64,000 bases of DNA from Candidatus Calescibacterium sp. Its GTDB lineage: Bacteria; DRYD01. The DNA lies in the NCBI GenBank assembly GCA_025059235.1, contig JANXCV010000003.1, positions 131,509 through 195,508 on the forward strand, written 5' to 3'. Shown here one piece after another: positions 48,381 through 57,054 of the stretch (position 1 is the stretch's first letter; each line of letters opens with the position of its first letter). A program made the translations under genes and the position numbers. The notes below the pieces were generated by a model. That model was given only the letters and a program-made list of their open reading frames with translations. It did not search any database and was not told the DNA's origin.

Positions 48381-49580
48381 TCAATCACTATTTATAGGTA
48401 TTTTTCTTTGGATAGCATTTTTGGTAAAAATTTCTTTTAGTATTGGATCTTTTATGTTTTGTATAAACGAGTTAGCAAACTTTGGTATGTCTATATTCTC
48501 TGGCGTTTCTGCGGTTTTTACAAGTAGATCCTTGAAAGTTTCGTTTGCTTTCTTTATTGCTACTTCTTTAGGTAGCCCTGTTGATTGTAGATATTTTATA
48601 TATTCTGCCCATGAGGAGTATATTGTACTTGAAAGAGATAGAGATTTTTTATATGGATTGTCCTCTTTAGGGTCATATACATAATTGCCTGCTAGATTTC
48701 TGATGTAATCTTTTTTATCATTAGGATCTTTATAGAATGGATGTTCTTGTAGTTGTCGATAGTAGTGAGAATTTTCAGAAATCTGTGAAATGAAGTTTGT
48801 TTTTGTTAGATCTATATTTTGTTGGATTATTTTTCTGATAGATTCTTCTTTTGAGGCTTGAGTGAGGAAAGCGACAGAATCTGCGAATGCTTCATGGACT
48901 TCACGACTTGCTTCAGGGTTTAGGGTTTCAAGTATAACATGCCCTACTTCGTGAGACAGAGTGTCTTGATTCTCTAGGGATTTTATTCTTTTTCCGCTTT
49001 TATCTACATATTCTCCTGCTATTAGTTCTATCATGCCTATTCTATCTTTTTCTCTTACATGTTTTGCAACTCCCACTTCGAATGGTAGATGTGGTTTATT
49101 TATATTCAGTTCTTCTGAGACTATATATATTTTTGTGGGTAATTTTTTGGATGATCTTTTTAGGAAATCATGTATTATAGAGTCTGTCTCTTGAGCTAAT
49201 TTTTTTGCTAATTCTGGATCACTATCAAGCACAATTGAATGTTTCCCATTTACAACATAATGTTTTGTGTTGCTGTCGTTTATCATATTTCCAATTGCTC
49301 TGAATTCTGGGGTATAGCCTTTTATTGTATTCATTTTGATTTCCATAAGTTTTGCGGGATCACATTTGGTTGGTTGATCACATCCTGCAGCTTTTGTAAA
49401 GTACTCATATAACTTTTGTTGAATTTCTTCTCTTAAGAGTTTTTTGTTTATTTCTATTGGTTTATATTCTGGTATTTCTTTGTATGGATCAAGGAGTAAT
49501 CTATATGGGTTAATTCCTAGTGATCTATCTCCTTGGGGAACAAAGTTTAACGTAGATGTGTATGGGTCACTATAGATCAT
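48381..49580 (-). CDS. divergent thermolysin (M4)-like zinc metallopeptidase, paralog of 32310..33962, no signal peptide
   Basis: The zinc motif LSHEVGHVILET is followed 16 aa after the second His by VHEAFADSVAF. PYKKSLSLSSTIY aligns with the H..S.......Y block of the paralog, with Tyr in place of His. Confidence 0.55.
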   Translation of the reverse strand: MIYSDPYTSTLNFVPQGDRSLGINPYRLLLDPYKEIPEYKPIEINKKLLREEIQQKLYEYFTKAAGCDQPTKCDPAKLMEIKMNTIKGYTPEFRAIGNMINDSNTKHYVVNGKHSIVLDSDPELAKKLAQETDSIIHDFLKRSSKKLPTKIYIVSEELNINKPHLPFEVGVAKHVREKDRIGMIELIAGEYVDKSGKRIKSLENQDTLSHEVGHVILETLNPEASREVHEAFADSVAFLTQASKEESIRKIIQQNIDLTKTNFISQISENSHYYRQLQEHPFYKDPNDKKDYIRNLAGNYVYDPKEDNPYKKSLSLSSTIYSSWAEYIKYLQSTGLPKEVAIKKANETFKDLLVKTAETPENIDIPKFANSFIQNIKDPILKEIFTKNAIQRKIPINSD

Positions 49581-49642
49581 TTATCTAACACCCCTAATTT
49601 TTTATATTAATTTTTTTAATTAGTTTTTATAAAAGTAAAAAG

Positions 49643-49664
49643 TTTTTTACATTTTTTTTACAAT
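49643..49664. promoter_or_regulatory. direct-repeat motif TTTTTTACAT-TTTTTTTACAAT (TTTACA-N5-TTTACA, 11-nt period)
   Basis: It lies in the 84-nt gap, 63-84 nt upstream of the start (49580) of the M4-like gene. It is nearly identical to the copy at 31400..31421. Confidence 0.5.
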
Positions 49665-50051
49665 CTAGATAAATCTTTGATCTTGTGGTCTTAGTTCGTA
49701 GTAATTACAGAACTGTGGTAAGCACCTATTTGTTTCTAAATCCTTAATTTTTAGTACTTGGCAGTAGTATCTGGTTGTTCCGTTTTTACCTTTCATATCT
49801 AGGGGTGTTAAATTTTTGCATGCTGTTGAATTTGTGGTAATTATTTCTGGGATTGAGCATTTTTTGCAGGTTTCAAAATTTGAGTCTAGTTCGAATTTTT
49901 CTATGTAACCATAGCACATGAAGATTTCTTGGACTTTGTTGTCTTTTACTTTTTTCACTTTTTTTGCGAAGGGGCAGTTTTTCCCTCTGAACTTCCAAGC
50001 TTCTTTTTCAGAGATTTTTGATTTTTCTTTCTGTTTCTTAAAGAAGAACAT
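49665..50051 (-). CDS. hypothetical Cys-rich small protein
   Basis: The 128 aa ORF has a basic N-terminus and 8 Cys residues, including CKKC and CLPQFC. I recognise no family. Confidence 0.5.
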   Translation of the reverse strand: MFFFKKQKEKSKISEKEAWKFRGKNCPFAKKVKKVKDNKVQEIFMCYGYIEKFELDSNFETCKKCSIPEIITTNSTACKNLTPLDMKGKNGTTRYYCQVLKIKDLETNRCLPQFCNYYELRPQDQRFI

Positions 50052-50160
50052 TTTAATTTACCTGTCTTTTATATCTCAGTTACTTTAGATTATTTTCTTC
50101 TCTTATTTTTCTTTTCAACTTGATACTATGAATTTCCTCTTTTTGATAGTTTTAACAGGG

Positions 50161-50214
50161 GGTGATTTATCGAAGATGGGGGGGGGTGGATGTATGGTGT
50201 TATTTGGGTGTGTA
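50161..50214 (-). other. C-rich, G-poor tract immediately 3' of tRNA-Ala, including a C9 homopolymer (G9 on + at 50178-50186)
   Basis: The minus strand reads tacacacccaaataacaccatacatccacccccccccatcttcgataaatcacc. See findings. Confidence 0.7.
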
Positions 50215-50286
50215 TGGAGCTGAGGGGACTTGAACCCCCGACCTTCTGCACGCCAAGCAGACGCTCTCCCACTGAGCTACAGCCCC
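50215..50286 (-). tRNA. tRNA-Ala (anticodon GGC)
   Basis: The reverse complement is ggggctgtagctcagtgggagagcgtctgcttGGCgtgcagaaggtcgggggttcaagtcccctcagctcca. It has a G3:U70 acceptor pair (the Ala identity element), anticodon loop ttGGCgt and a T-loop ttcaagt. No CCA is encoded. Confidence 0.95.
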
Positions 50287-50333
50287 TCAATATCATTATT
50301 TCTATAATACTCCTCCTGAATCCTTGTAGCCTT

Positions 50334-51173
50334 TCATTTCTTCTTATTGTTTCTTACCAAAACTCCTAACCATCCCTCTTTTTCAAACATCTGATCTATC
50401 GCTATATGATTATTCTCGAGAAGATCTACGAATTTCTGTTTATCTTGCTTTTTTACGCCCGAGAATATACCAAGGTTGAATTTTGAATTTAGAATTCCTG
50501 AAGTTTTATCTAAAAATACAGAGAGGGGAACGTTTGCTACCAATATATCAACTTCTTTCACAAAACTCATGCAATCTGTGTTGAAAATGAAAATATTGTC
50601 TATGTTATTTATTCTGCAATTATTTTTGATTTCCAGGCAATAATTATAGAATACTTCTATTGCGATTATTGGGGATTTTGATATTTTTGCTAGTGATAGG
50701 GAAAGTATGCCGTTACCAGAACCGAAGTCAACTGCCGATTTAAAACTATTTACAAAATTGCTGATCATTTCTAGACATAGAATGGTGGTAGGATGGTTAT
50801 CTATTCCGAATGCACCTACCAGGGTATCTAAATATATTACATTTTCTTCTCTTTCCTCTTTTTCAAATATTGGCTTAAAAGTGAACTTTCCAACGGTTAA
50901 ACTCTTTATCCTCATTTTTTTCCACTCTTCTAAGCTTATATCTCTTTCTGAAACTATTTCTATGTTTTTGTCGGGAAAAATCTTTGTTAACTTATCTAAC
51001 AATTCTTTTGAACTATTTCTTGGAGAAATTGGAAATTCAGACTGGAAAATAAGATTTTCTCCGACTATTTCAATTATTTGTAGATTTTTACAGTTTTCCA
51101 GTATAAAAAATGAGACCAATTTTTTATCGAAATCTGTCAGTTTTGTCTTGAATGTTATAATTTTTATTTTCAC
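50334..51173 (-). CDS. prmA: ribosomal protein L11 methyltransferase
   Basis: Blocks present: W.K....L.VGKF..KP, YLDTLVGAFGIDNHPTTILCLEMI, and SAM motif AVDFGSGNGILSL. It overlaps the bamA stop by 1 nt. Confidence 0.8.
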   Translation of the reverse strand: MKIKIITFKTKLTDFDKKLVSFFILENCKNLQIIEIVGENLIFQSEFPISPRNSSKELLDKLTKIFPDKNIEIVSERDISLEEWKKMRIKSLTVGKFTFKPIFEKEEREENVIYLDTLVGAFGIDNHPTTILCLEMISNFVNSFKSAVDFGSGNGILSLSLAKISKSPIIAIEVFYNYCLEIKNNCRINNIDNIFIFNTDCMSFVKEVDILVANVPLSVFLDKTSGILNSKFNLGIFSGVKKQDKQKFVDLLENNHIAIDQMFEKEGWLGVLVRNNKKK

Positions 51174-53200
51174 TAGAACATTTGTCCTATTCCCACGGAT
51201 ATTTTTGATTTTTCGTTTGATACAGCATAATCGAGTCTGATTGATCCGAACTGGGGTAATATGAACCTTACACCCAGGCCATAGCTGAATCCAGTTTTGT
51301 CCAAGTTTATTTTTTCCCTAGGTTGAAAAGCACCGCCCCAATCTAGGAATAACGCTCCATACAAGTTTTCTACCTTCTTGGTTACTGGAAATCTATATTC
51401 TACGTTTATTAAAAAAGCTTTGTTACCTATGAATCTATTGAAATCATATCCTCTTATTGTATCTGATCCCCCGAGAGTATATTGATATATGAATGGAGTT
51501 GAATTAGTTCCTAATCCAACAAATCCTCTTAAAGCCAATACCCTTTCATTCCTAAAACTGAAGTATTTTCTATACTCTGAAGATATTCTAAAGAAACTTT
51601 TTAAATTTCCTGTATTTCTAAAAGCTTGATCTGCAGAAATTGAATAATATATTCCCTTGGTTGGGTAAAACTCATCATCCCTGTTGTCTTTTATTACTGA
51701 AGTACCTATTAAAAAGTAGTTACCTTTTGTGGAGGGTAATACGTAGGGATTTTCCTCGGTTGGGGTTGGAGATGTTTTGGATTCCAATGCTGAAAAGTTT
51801 ACACTGAAGGATAAATCTCTATCTATATATCTTCTACCAAAGAAAAAACCGTAATTTCTGCGAAAATCTTTATATATTGCTATAGTTTGTGGTTCTAAAT
51901 CTACGAGTGCTCTTTGTTGAAATAATTCCGTTGACTGAATATTAAACCCATAAAATCTGTTATTGGACAAGGAGTAGGGGTCAGAGAAAGAGATGGAGAT
52001 ACTGTTTATTAGACTTCCTCTTTCCCAGTTGGCGAATACCTGTTGTCCCCTGCCTTTATAGTTTATTTCGGATACTGATACACTACCTGCTATTCCTCCT
52101 CGATTACCTCCTGGTAGCCCTCCGAATCCCACCCCAAGTACTATTTGTCCTGTTTGCTGCTCTTCGACTTTAATGACGAGGATTACTTTTCCTGGTTCAC
52201 TTCCTCCTCTGAAATCTGGTTCGACGTTCTTGAAATACCCACCTAATTGCATTTTCCTTATAGCTTTCCTGAGTTTAAAAACTCTAATAGGTTTACCTTT
52301 TTCCAGCTCTAGCATTTTTTCTATCACATATTTTTTCGTCTTAGTATTTCCCTCTACTTCTATATCTTCAAGTATAGCTTCGTATACTTCTATGTTTACT
52401 ATGCTGTTTTCATGATCTATTTCAGAGCGGACATCTGCTAACATGTATCCCTGATCTTGATAAAACTCATATATCTTATTTAAAGTGTTTTCTAGATCTT
52501 CTTTTTTCAGAGGATGATTTACTTTTATTTCTACAAGTTTATCCAGCTTATATGTTGGTACTATTTTATTACCTTTGATAACAACTTTCTTAGGATAGAA
52601 CGCTTCCTGGATATAGAAGATAAGTGTTCCGTCTTCACTGATCTGTATATCTCTTACATGATTTTTTACCCCTACATACCCCATTTTGTTATATTCCTCG
52701 TTTATAAGGATTATATCTTCTCTTATGACGTTGTAATTCATTATTTTTCCTGGACGAGTGTTTATTATTTCAATCAAGTCGAATTCAGATAGGATTTTGT
52801 TACCTATAAATTTAACCGTTTTTATCACTGGATTTTCTAGTAGGTAAAAGACTATATTTACTTTTTCTTGGTCATAGGGTTCGAAATTAACGTCTATATC
52901 TGAAAAATACCCTGTTTCGTATATCTTACTGACTGCGTTTTGGATATCTTGAATGGTTAACGTTGATCCTTCCTGTATGTTAATGATTTCCATTATGGTG
53001 CTTGTTGAAATATGTCTATTGCCTTTTATTATTATCTTGTTTATTTTAATTTGATAGATCTCGTTATTTGTTTCTAGCTTCTTACTTTCTTGTTGTTTAT
53101 ATATTTGGTTATGGGTTTCTAGGTTTGTTTCTTTGGGGGTGTTTGCGTACAAGTTATGTAATAAAAGTGACAGGAAAAAGAATAGAAAAAATATTTTCAT
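51173..53200 (-). CDS. bamA: outer membrane protein assembly factor BamA (Omp85 family)
   Basis: A signal peptide is followed by repeated POTRA-like units: I..I.I.GN..., V..V.F.GN..., V.I.GN.... The C-terminal barrel has RGYD and FLDWGGAF and ends in GIGQMF. Confidence 0.9.
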   Translation of the reverse strand: MKIFFLFFFLSLLLHNLYANTPKETNLETHNQIYKQQESKKLETNNEIYQIKINKIIIKGNRHISTSTIMEIINIQEGSTLTIQDIQNAVSKIYETGYFSDIDVNFEPYDQEKVNIVFYLLENPVIKTVKFIGNKILSEFDLIEIINTRPGKIMNYNVIREDIILINEEYNKMGYVGVKNHVRDIQISEDGTLIFYIQEAFYPKKVVIKGNKIVPTYKLDKLVEIKVNHPLKKEDLENTLNKIYEFYQDQGYMLADVRSEIDHENSIVNIEVYEAILEDIEVEGNTKTKKYVIEKMLELEKGKPIRVFKLRKAIRKMQLGGYFKNVEPDFRGGSEPGKVILVIKVEEQQTGQIVLGVGFGGLPGGNRGGIAGSVSVSEINYKGRGQQVFANWERGSLINSISISFSDPYSLSNNRFYGFNIQSTELFQQRALVDLEPQTIAIYKDFRRNYGFFFGRRYIDRDLSFSVNFSALESKTSPTPTEENPYVLPSTKGNYFLIGTSVIKDNRDDEFYPTKGIYYSISADQAFRNTGNLKSFFRISSEYRKYFSFRNERVLALRGFVGLGTNSTPFIYQYTLGGSDTIRGYDFNRFIGNKAFLINVEYRFPVTKKVENLYGALFLDWGGAFQPREKINLDKTGFSYGLGVRFILPQFGSIRLDYAVSNEKSKISVGIGQMF

Positions 53201-53238
53201 ATTTAATAAATTATATTTTTCTTCGAATAAACCTCTGT

Positions 53239-54441
53239 TTATGTTATAAAATCTACACCTTCGTCGATGTTAATTTCTGAGATATATTTTACGATGAAAT
53301 TTCCAAGTTTGTATCCGGTTTTGTTTATTAGCTCTTCTAATAGGTATTTTTTGTTCATGAAAACTTCTTCTGGGAGGAGAGATTTCTTTATATGAGCTGA
53401 GACATTGTTTTCAAATACCGAACCAGATATTGTTACTGCTCCTATTCGAGGAGCATTTACTGTTATTTCAAAGCTAAACCTATTTCTTTCTACTTTTTTC
53501 AATTCTTTATCGACGTAGTAGAATATCTTTAATTCTACTGTTGTGGGGTAACCGTTTATTATTGCTGGTATAATGTTGAAAAACACTTTTTCTTCCTGGA
53601 GAGAACTGTTTATGATTCCTATTGCTTTTAGTATAGAACTGAGTTTTTCTAGGTTGTTCTTTAGTGGTCCATCTTGTAAAAGATTGATTGCCTTGTCTAG
53701 TCTGGTAAGAATACCTTTTAACTCTTTGGATACCAATCCATTTAAATTACTGATCTTATTGCCTTCTTTTCTATTATCTTCTCTAAGTATGTTAGAAATA
53801 AGAGCTTGTATTATTCCGAAGATTATTGGATTTACGCTCGATGGATTTGAGGTTAAATATGAGTAAATAGAGTATAATATGTTTGCAAGTAGTTGATTAC
53901 TGTTAAGGAATTCGTACATAATTTTCACGTTAGAGATATTGGGAGTGATGTTGATGGATTTTAGAAAGGCTGCGGCTTCTAAATATAGCTTCGAGCTTTG
54001 GCTCGAAAAAGGAAGCAAAGACCTATAATTCTCTGCATTCAACGGAAGATTGTATTTAAACAAAGCTTTTGCTATTTCTAATGAATTATCTGTAATCGGT
54101 AATTTCATGCTTATTAGGTAAGAATTAACTATTTCTGGTGAGATCTTGTAGAATATTGAGCTTCTGTTTATAGAGATGAACTTGAAGTTCCATGTGTCTT
54201 TTTCTTTACCTATGACTTGGATTCGGAAGCTATCTCCTGGTCTTACAAAGACGTTTTGTGGCATCTTGGCTTTTACACTATGGTTCCCTATCTTCAATAT
54301 AGCTTCCCCGTCAGATCTCCTTTCTATCAGTTGAGCATTTAAAATTCTACCCTGTGGAAAATTTATTTCGCTAGAAACATTCAGGTTACCGGATATTTTT
54401 GTTGAGTTTATAGCATTGTTGATATTATTTATCCTATTCAT
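53239..54441 (-). CDS. hypothetical protein with FliK-like (flagellar hook-length control) N- and C-terminal patterns
   Basis: The N-terminus GRILNAQLIERRSDGEAILKIGNHSVKAKMPQNVFVRPGDSFRIQV resembles FliK-like proteins. The C-terminus FSFEITVNAPRIGAVTISGSVFENNVSAHIKKS...LLEELINKTGYKLGNFIV resembles the Flg_hook domain pattern (L.P..LG.V.V.......V...). This is motif-level evidence only. Confidence 0.45.
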   Translation of the reverse strand: MNRINNINNAINSTKISGNLNVSSEINFPQGRILNAQLIERRSDGEAILKIGNHSVKAKMPQNVFVRPGDSFRIQVIGKEKDTWNFKFISINRSSIFYKISPEIVNSYLISMKLPITDNSLEIAKALFKYNLPLNAENYRSLLPFSSQSSKLYLEAAAFLKSINITPNISNVKIMYEFLNSNQLLANILYSIYSYLTSNPSSVNPIIFGIIQALISNILREDNRKEGNKISNLNGLVSKELKGILTRLDKAINLLQDGPLKNNLEKLSSILKAIGIINSSLQEEKVFFNIIPAIINGYPTTVELKIFYYVDKELKKVERNRFSFEITVNAPRIGAVTISGSVFENNVSAHIKKSLLPEEVFMNKKYLLEELINKTGYKLGNFIVKYISEINIDEGVDFIT

Positions 54442-54450
54442 ACCATATTT

Positions 54451-55533
54451 TTATTTCAATTCACAGTAAAAAGCTTCCTGTATCGAGTCTATTATTATTT
54501 GATTGTAGTGGTATTGTTGATTATTGAAAATGTTTATTATTGTTTCCCAGTTTTTTGAAGTGTTTTCATACTCTCTCTTAGGTTTTCCCAGAATACCACT
54601 TATGTTTGGGAATAATCTACTTACGAATCCTCCTCTTCGAAAGATCTTTTCTATAATTTTATCTCTCATCTCTCTGTATACTCTTATGTTGAATCTCCAG
54701 GATAAATTATCATTATCCAAAATTTGTATACCTTGTATCTCTAAATTTCTTCTGAAAAGGGAGTTATTTTCAATTTTTTTGTTGAGTATTTCGTAGTAAG
54801 AAGTATTTTGATTTTTTCTAAGTTGAATGTAAAAATCTTCTTGTTTTAGTATATTTTCTAGCATTTGGTATATGTATTTTGAATCTTCCTTTTCTAGCTC
54901 AGAGTTGTAACATATATAAGTTTGCCTTTTGTTTTTAATTTTGTCAAAGTTGAGATATGTTTTGAATATCTTATCTACTCTGTTTACTAGGAAAGAAGAG
55001 GTGTTTTTATCTATTGTATTTTCGAAACTGTGATTGATTTTCTGTTTTGTAAATAGAACTGAGCCGAATCCTAATTCTATTGGTTTAGCATATGAAAAGC
55101 TGAATAGAAATCCCTGATCTTCTGTAAGATTATTAAGAATATAGTTGATTCTTTCCTTGGTTGGGAAACATAGTGCACAGTCCCATAGGATAAAAAGGTT
55201 GCTGCCTAGAATCTTTCTTGCTTTCTCTTTTGTAGTGTTCATTTCTTCTATACTCCAATTACCATAAGGAATTACCACTACGAATATAGTCAAACTATTT
55301 TCTGAAAATCTCAATATTCCCTCCCTGGTCTTTTGACAAATTTTTATAAAATCAGGATATAAAGTATTAAAATCTATGTCATACAATTCTATTTTAGCCT
55401 CTGAATAACTGACACTTAAAGGCAAAGTATAACATATATTGGCAGGAAAATAGACACTGATATCTTTGAAGATCTTTTCGAAGTGTTTAATCAATTTTAG
55501 GACACAGTTAGAAGCTCTTGGACAAATGTACAT
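54451..55533 (-). CDS. hypothetical protein with DegT/DnrJ/EryC1-like (PLP aminotransferase fold) layout
   Basis: Three blocks parallel DegT-family blocks, including the PLP-Lys position: VYFPANICYTLPLSVSYSEAKIELYDIDFNTL, VVVIPYGNW..ILWDCALCF and FLFSFSYAKPIELGFGSVLFT. The match is very divergent. Confidence 0.4.
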   Translation of the reverse strand: MYICPRASNCVLKLIKHFEKIFKDISVYFPANICYTLPLSVSYSEAKIELYDIDFNTLYPDFIKICQKTREGILRFSENSLTIFVVVIPYGNWSIEEMNTTKEKARKILGSNLFILWDCALCFPTKERINYILNNLTEDQGFLFSFSYAKPIELGFGSVLFTKQKINHSFENTIDKNTSSFLVNRVDKIFKTYLNFDKIKNKRQTYICYNSELEKEDSKYIYQMLENILKQEDFYIQLRKNQNTSYYEILNKKIENNSLFRRNLEIQGIQILDNDNLSWRFNIRVYREMRDKIIEKIFRRGGFVSRLFPNISGILGKPKREYENTSKNWETIINIFNNQQYHYNQIIIDSIQEAFYCELK

Positions 55534-57054
55534 CTATTCAATCTCTAAATTAATCGCATTCACTTTTATACCCTTATCCTTTTTTACTATAAAAGTTTGA
55601 GTATCTATTAGAATCGGAACTATTAAGAATTGTTCAAATAACATCTGTTGTAACTCGATTAGGTAATCTTTTTGATTTCTGGAGAATCCATCCATAACTT
55701 TCTCTAGTATTTGCTCTATCTCAGGGGTTGATACACTATAAACGTTATACTTACCACTTTTTGAGTAGATAGAATAATAATTCATGTAGGGTAAAATGGT
55801 TATACTTGTAATGATGAAATCGAAATCATAGGGATTTATGTCATCTTTTAGGGATGGTTCTGGAGGTTCTACTAGTATTCCAAATATCTCTTTTCGAGGT
55901 AGTTTTTCCTCTATGTTTATCGTTATTACCTCAGCTTTAAAACTATTATTCATTATTTCACTCATTAAATTAGAAACTAGCTTACTTTTCTGATCTTTGT
56001 ACGTAATCAATATCCTAAGCTTCCTGTTTGGGAAATTTGATGATAGATCGTTGAATTTATTATTTTCAAGATTGAATTTGTCTGTTGCTGCAAAGTGATA
56101 AGGAAGAATATAGCTATTACATAATTGGTATTCTTCTATGTTGTATTTTTGCAACTCTGATTTAAATTTTTGATATATCAGCATTCTTTCGTTTCTGTTT
56201 ATATTTGGATTAAAGAAGATGAAGTAAATTTCTTTTCTTGGGAACCTTAGAATTTTATATTCCTCTTGATTTACATGTTTTGTGATGTATTCTTCTAGGG
56301 TTGACGGAATTTTTAATACATCGATTTTCCCTATCTCCTTTTTCAGTTTTTCTACATCTGTGTAAGTCAAAAAATGTATTTCAAGGTTTTTAGTTTTGCT
56401 CAGTATTACAAAATGATTGGTTTCAGATTTTTTAACTATATATTTGGAGTATTCTGGAAAAAATGAAAAATTTTTTAGCCCCTTGTATGTATAGTCTAAA
56501 ATTTGTTGCTGGTATTTCTGGGTATTATCAAATATTAGTGGGGAGGGAAAATATGGAAGGGAATATGCCATTTTGTACTTTATCCTTAAATTCTCCTCTA
56601 CCTGATCTATCTGCTCTATACTCTCAACTATGTTTTTATGTATCCATTTATTTGATATATTTGGCATGTTTAGAAGATGAATTGTATGAATTATATTGAT
56701 TGGATTGATAGAATCTACTTGGAAATCATCTTTATTTAAAGCCAGTATGGTTTGTTTGTTTTGTTGGAACATCATTTGGTTATCCTTCGAAGGAATTTCT
56801 TTTAAGATTTTTGAACGTGGATAGCAATTACCTTCGTAATCTATTAGCGGAGGAACTATTAATCTCAAAGCCTGGTATGTAAGCCAGGAGGGTTTATCTA
56901 TATAGTTCAAATAATTATTTGATAAATCTTCTTTTAATTCTGCTACCACTATTATTTCTCTCTTAGATTTTAACGAAATGAAAAAGTATATAATGCTGGA
57001 GAGTATTAGTAGGGATATCAAAGCCAGTACTAATCTGTTTTTGTTAATAGCCAT
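55534..57054 (-). CDS. hypothetical N-terminally anchored protein, weak solute-binding-protein (family 5)-like pattern
   Basis: A single N-terminal TM helix (LVLALISLLILSSIIYFFI) is followed by LRLIVPPLIDYEGNCYPRSKILKEIPSKDN. That stretch is reminiscent of SBP_bac_5 N-terminal blocks. Confidence in function is low. Confidence 0.35.
   Translation of the reverse strand: MAINKNRLVLALISLLILSSIIYFFISLKSKREIIVVAELKEDLSNNYLNYIDKPSWLTYQALRLIVPPLIDYEGNCYPRSKILKEIPSKDNQMMFQQNKQTILALNKDDFQVDSINPINIIHTIHLLNMPNISNKWIHKNIVESIEQIDQVEENLRIKYKMAYSLPYFPSPLIFDNTQKYQQQILDYTYKGLKNFSFFPEYSKYIVKKSETNHFVILSKTKNLEIHFLTYTDVEKLKKEIGKIDVLKIPSTLEEYITKHVNQEEYKILRFPRKEIYFIFFNPNINRNERMLIYQKFKSELQKYNIEEYQLCNSYILPYHFAATDKFNLENNKFNDLSSNFPNRKLRILITYKDQKSKLVSNLMSEIMNNSFKAEVITINIEEKLPRKEIFGILVEPPEPSLKDDINPYDFDFIITSITILPYMNYYSIYSKSGKYNVYSVSTPEIEQILEKVMDGFSRNQKDYLIELQQMLFEQFLIVPILIDTQTFIVKKDKGIKVNAINLEIE

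Noticed and set aside
50707-51240. 177-aa plus-strand ORF overlapping prmA and the bamA 3' end
   Set aside because: It is antisense to two recognisable genes. Its product is low-complexity (F/S/L/I-rich), consistent with the reverse frame of AT-rich coding DNA.
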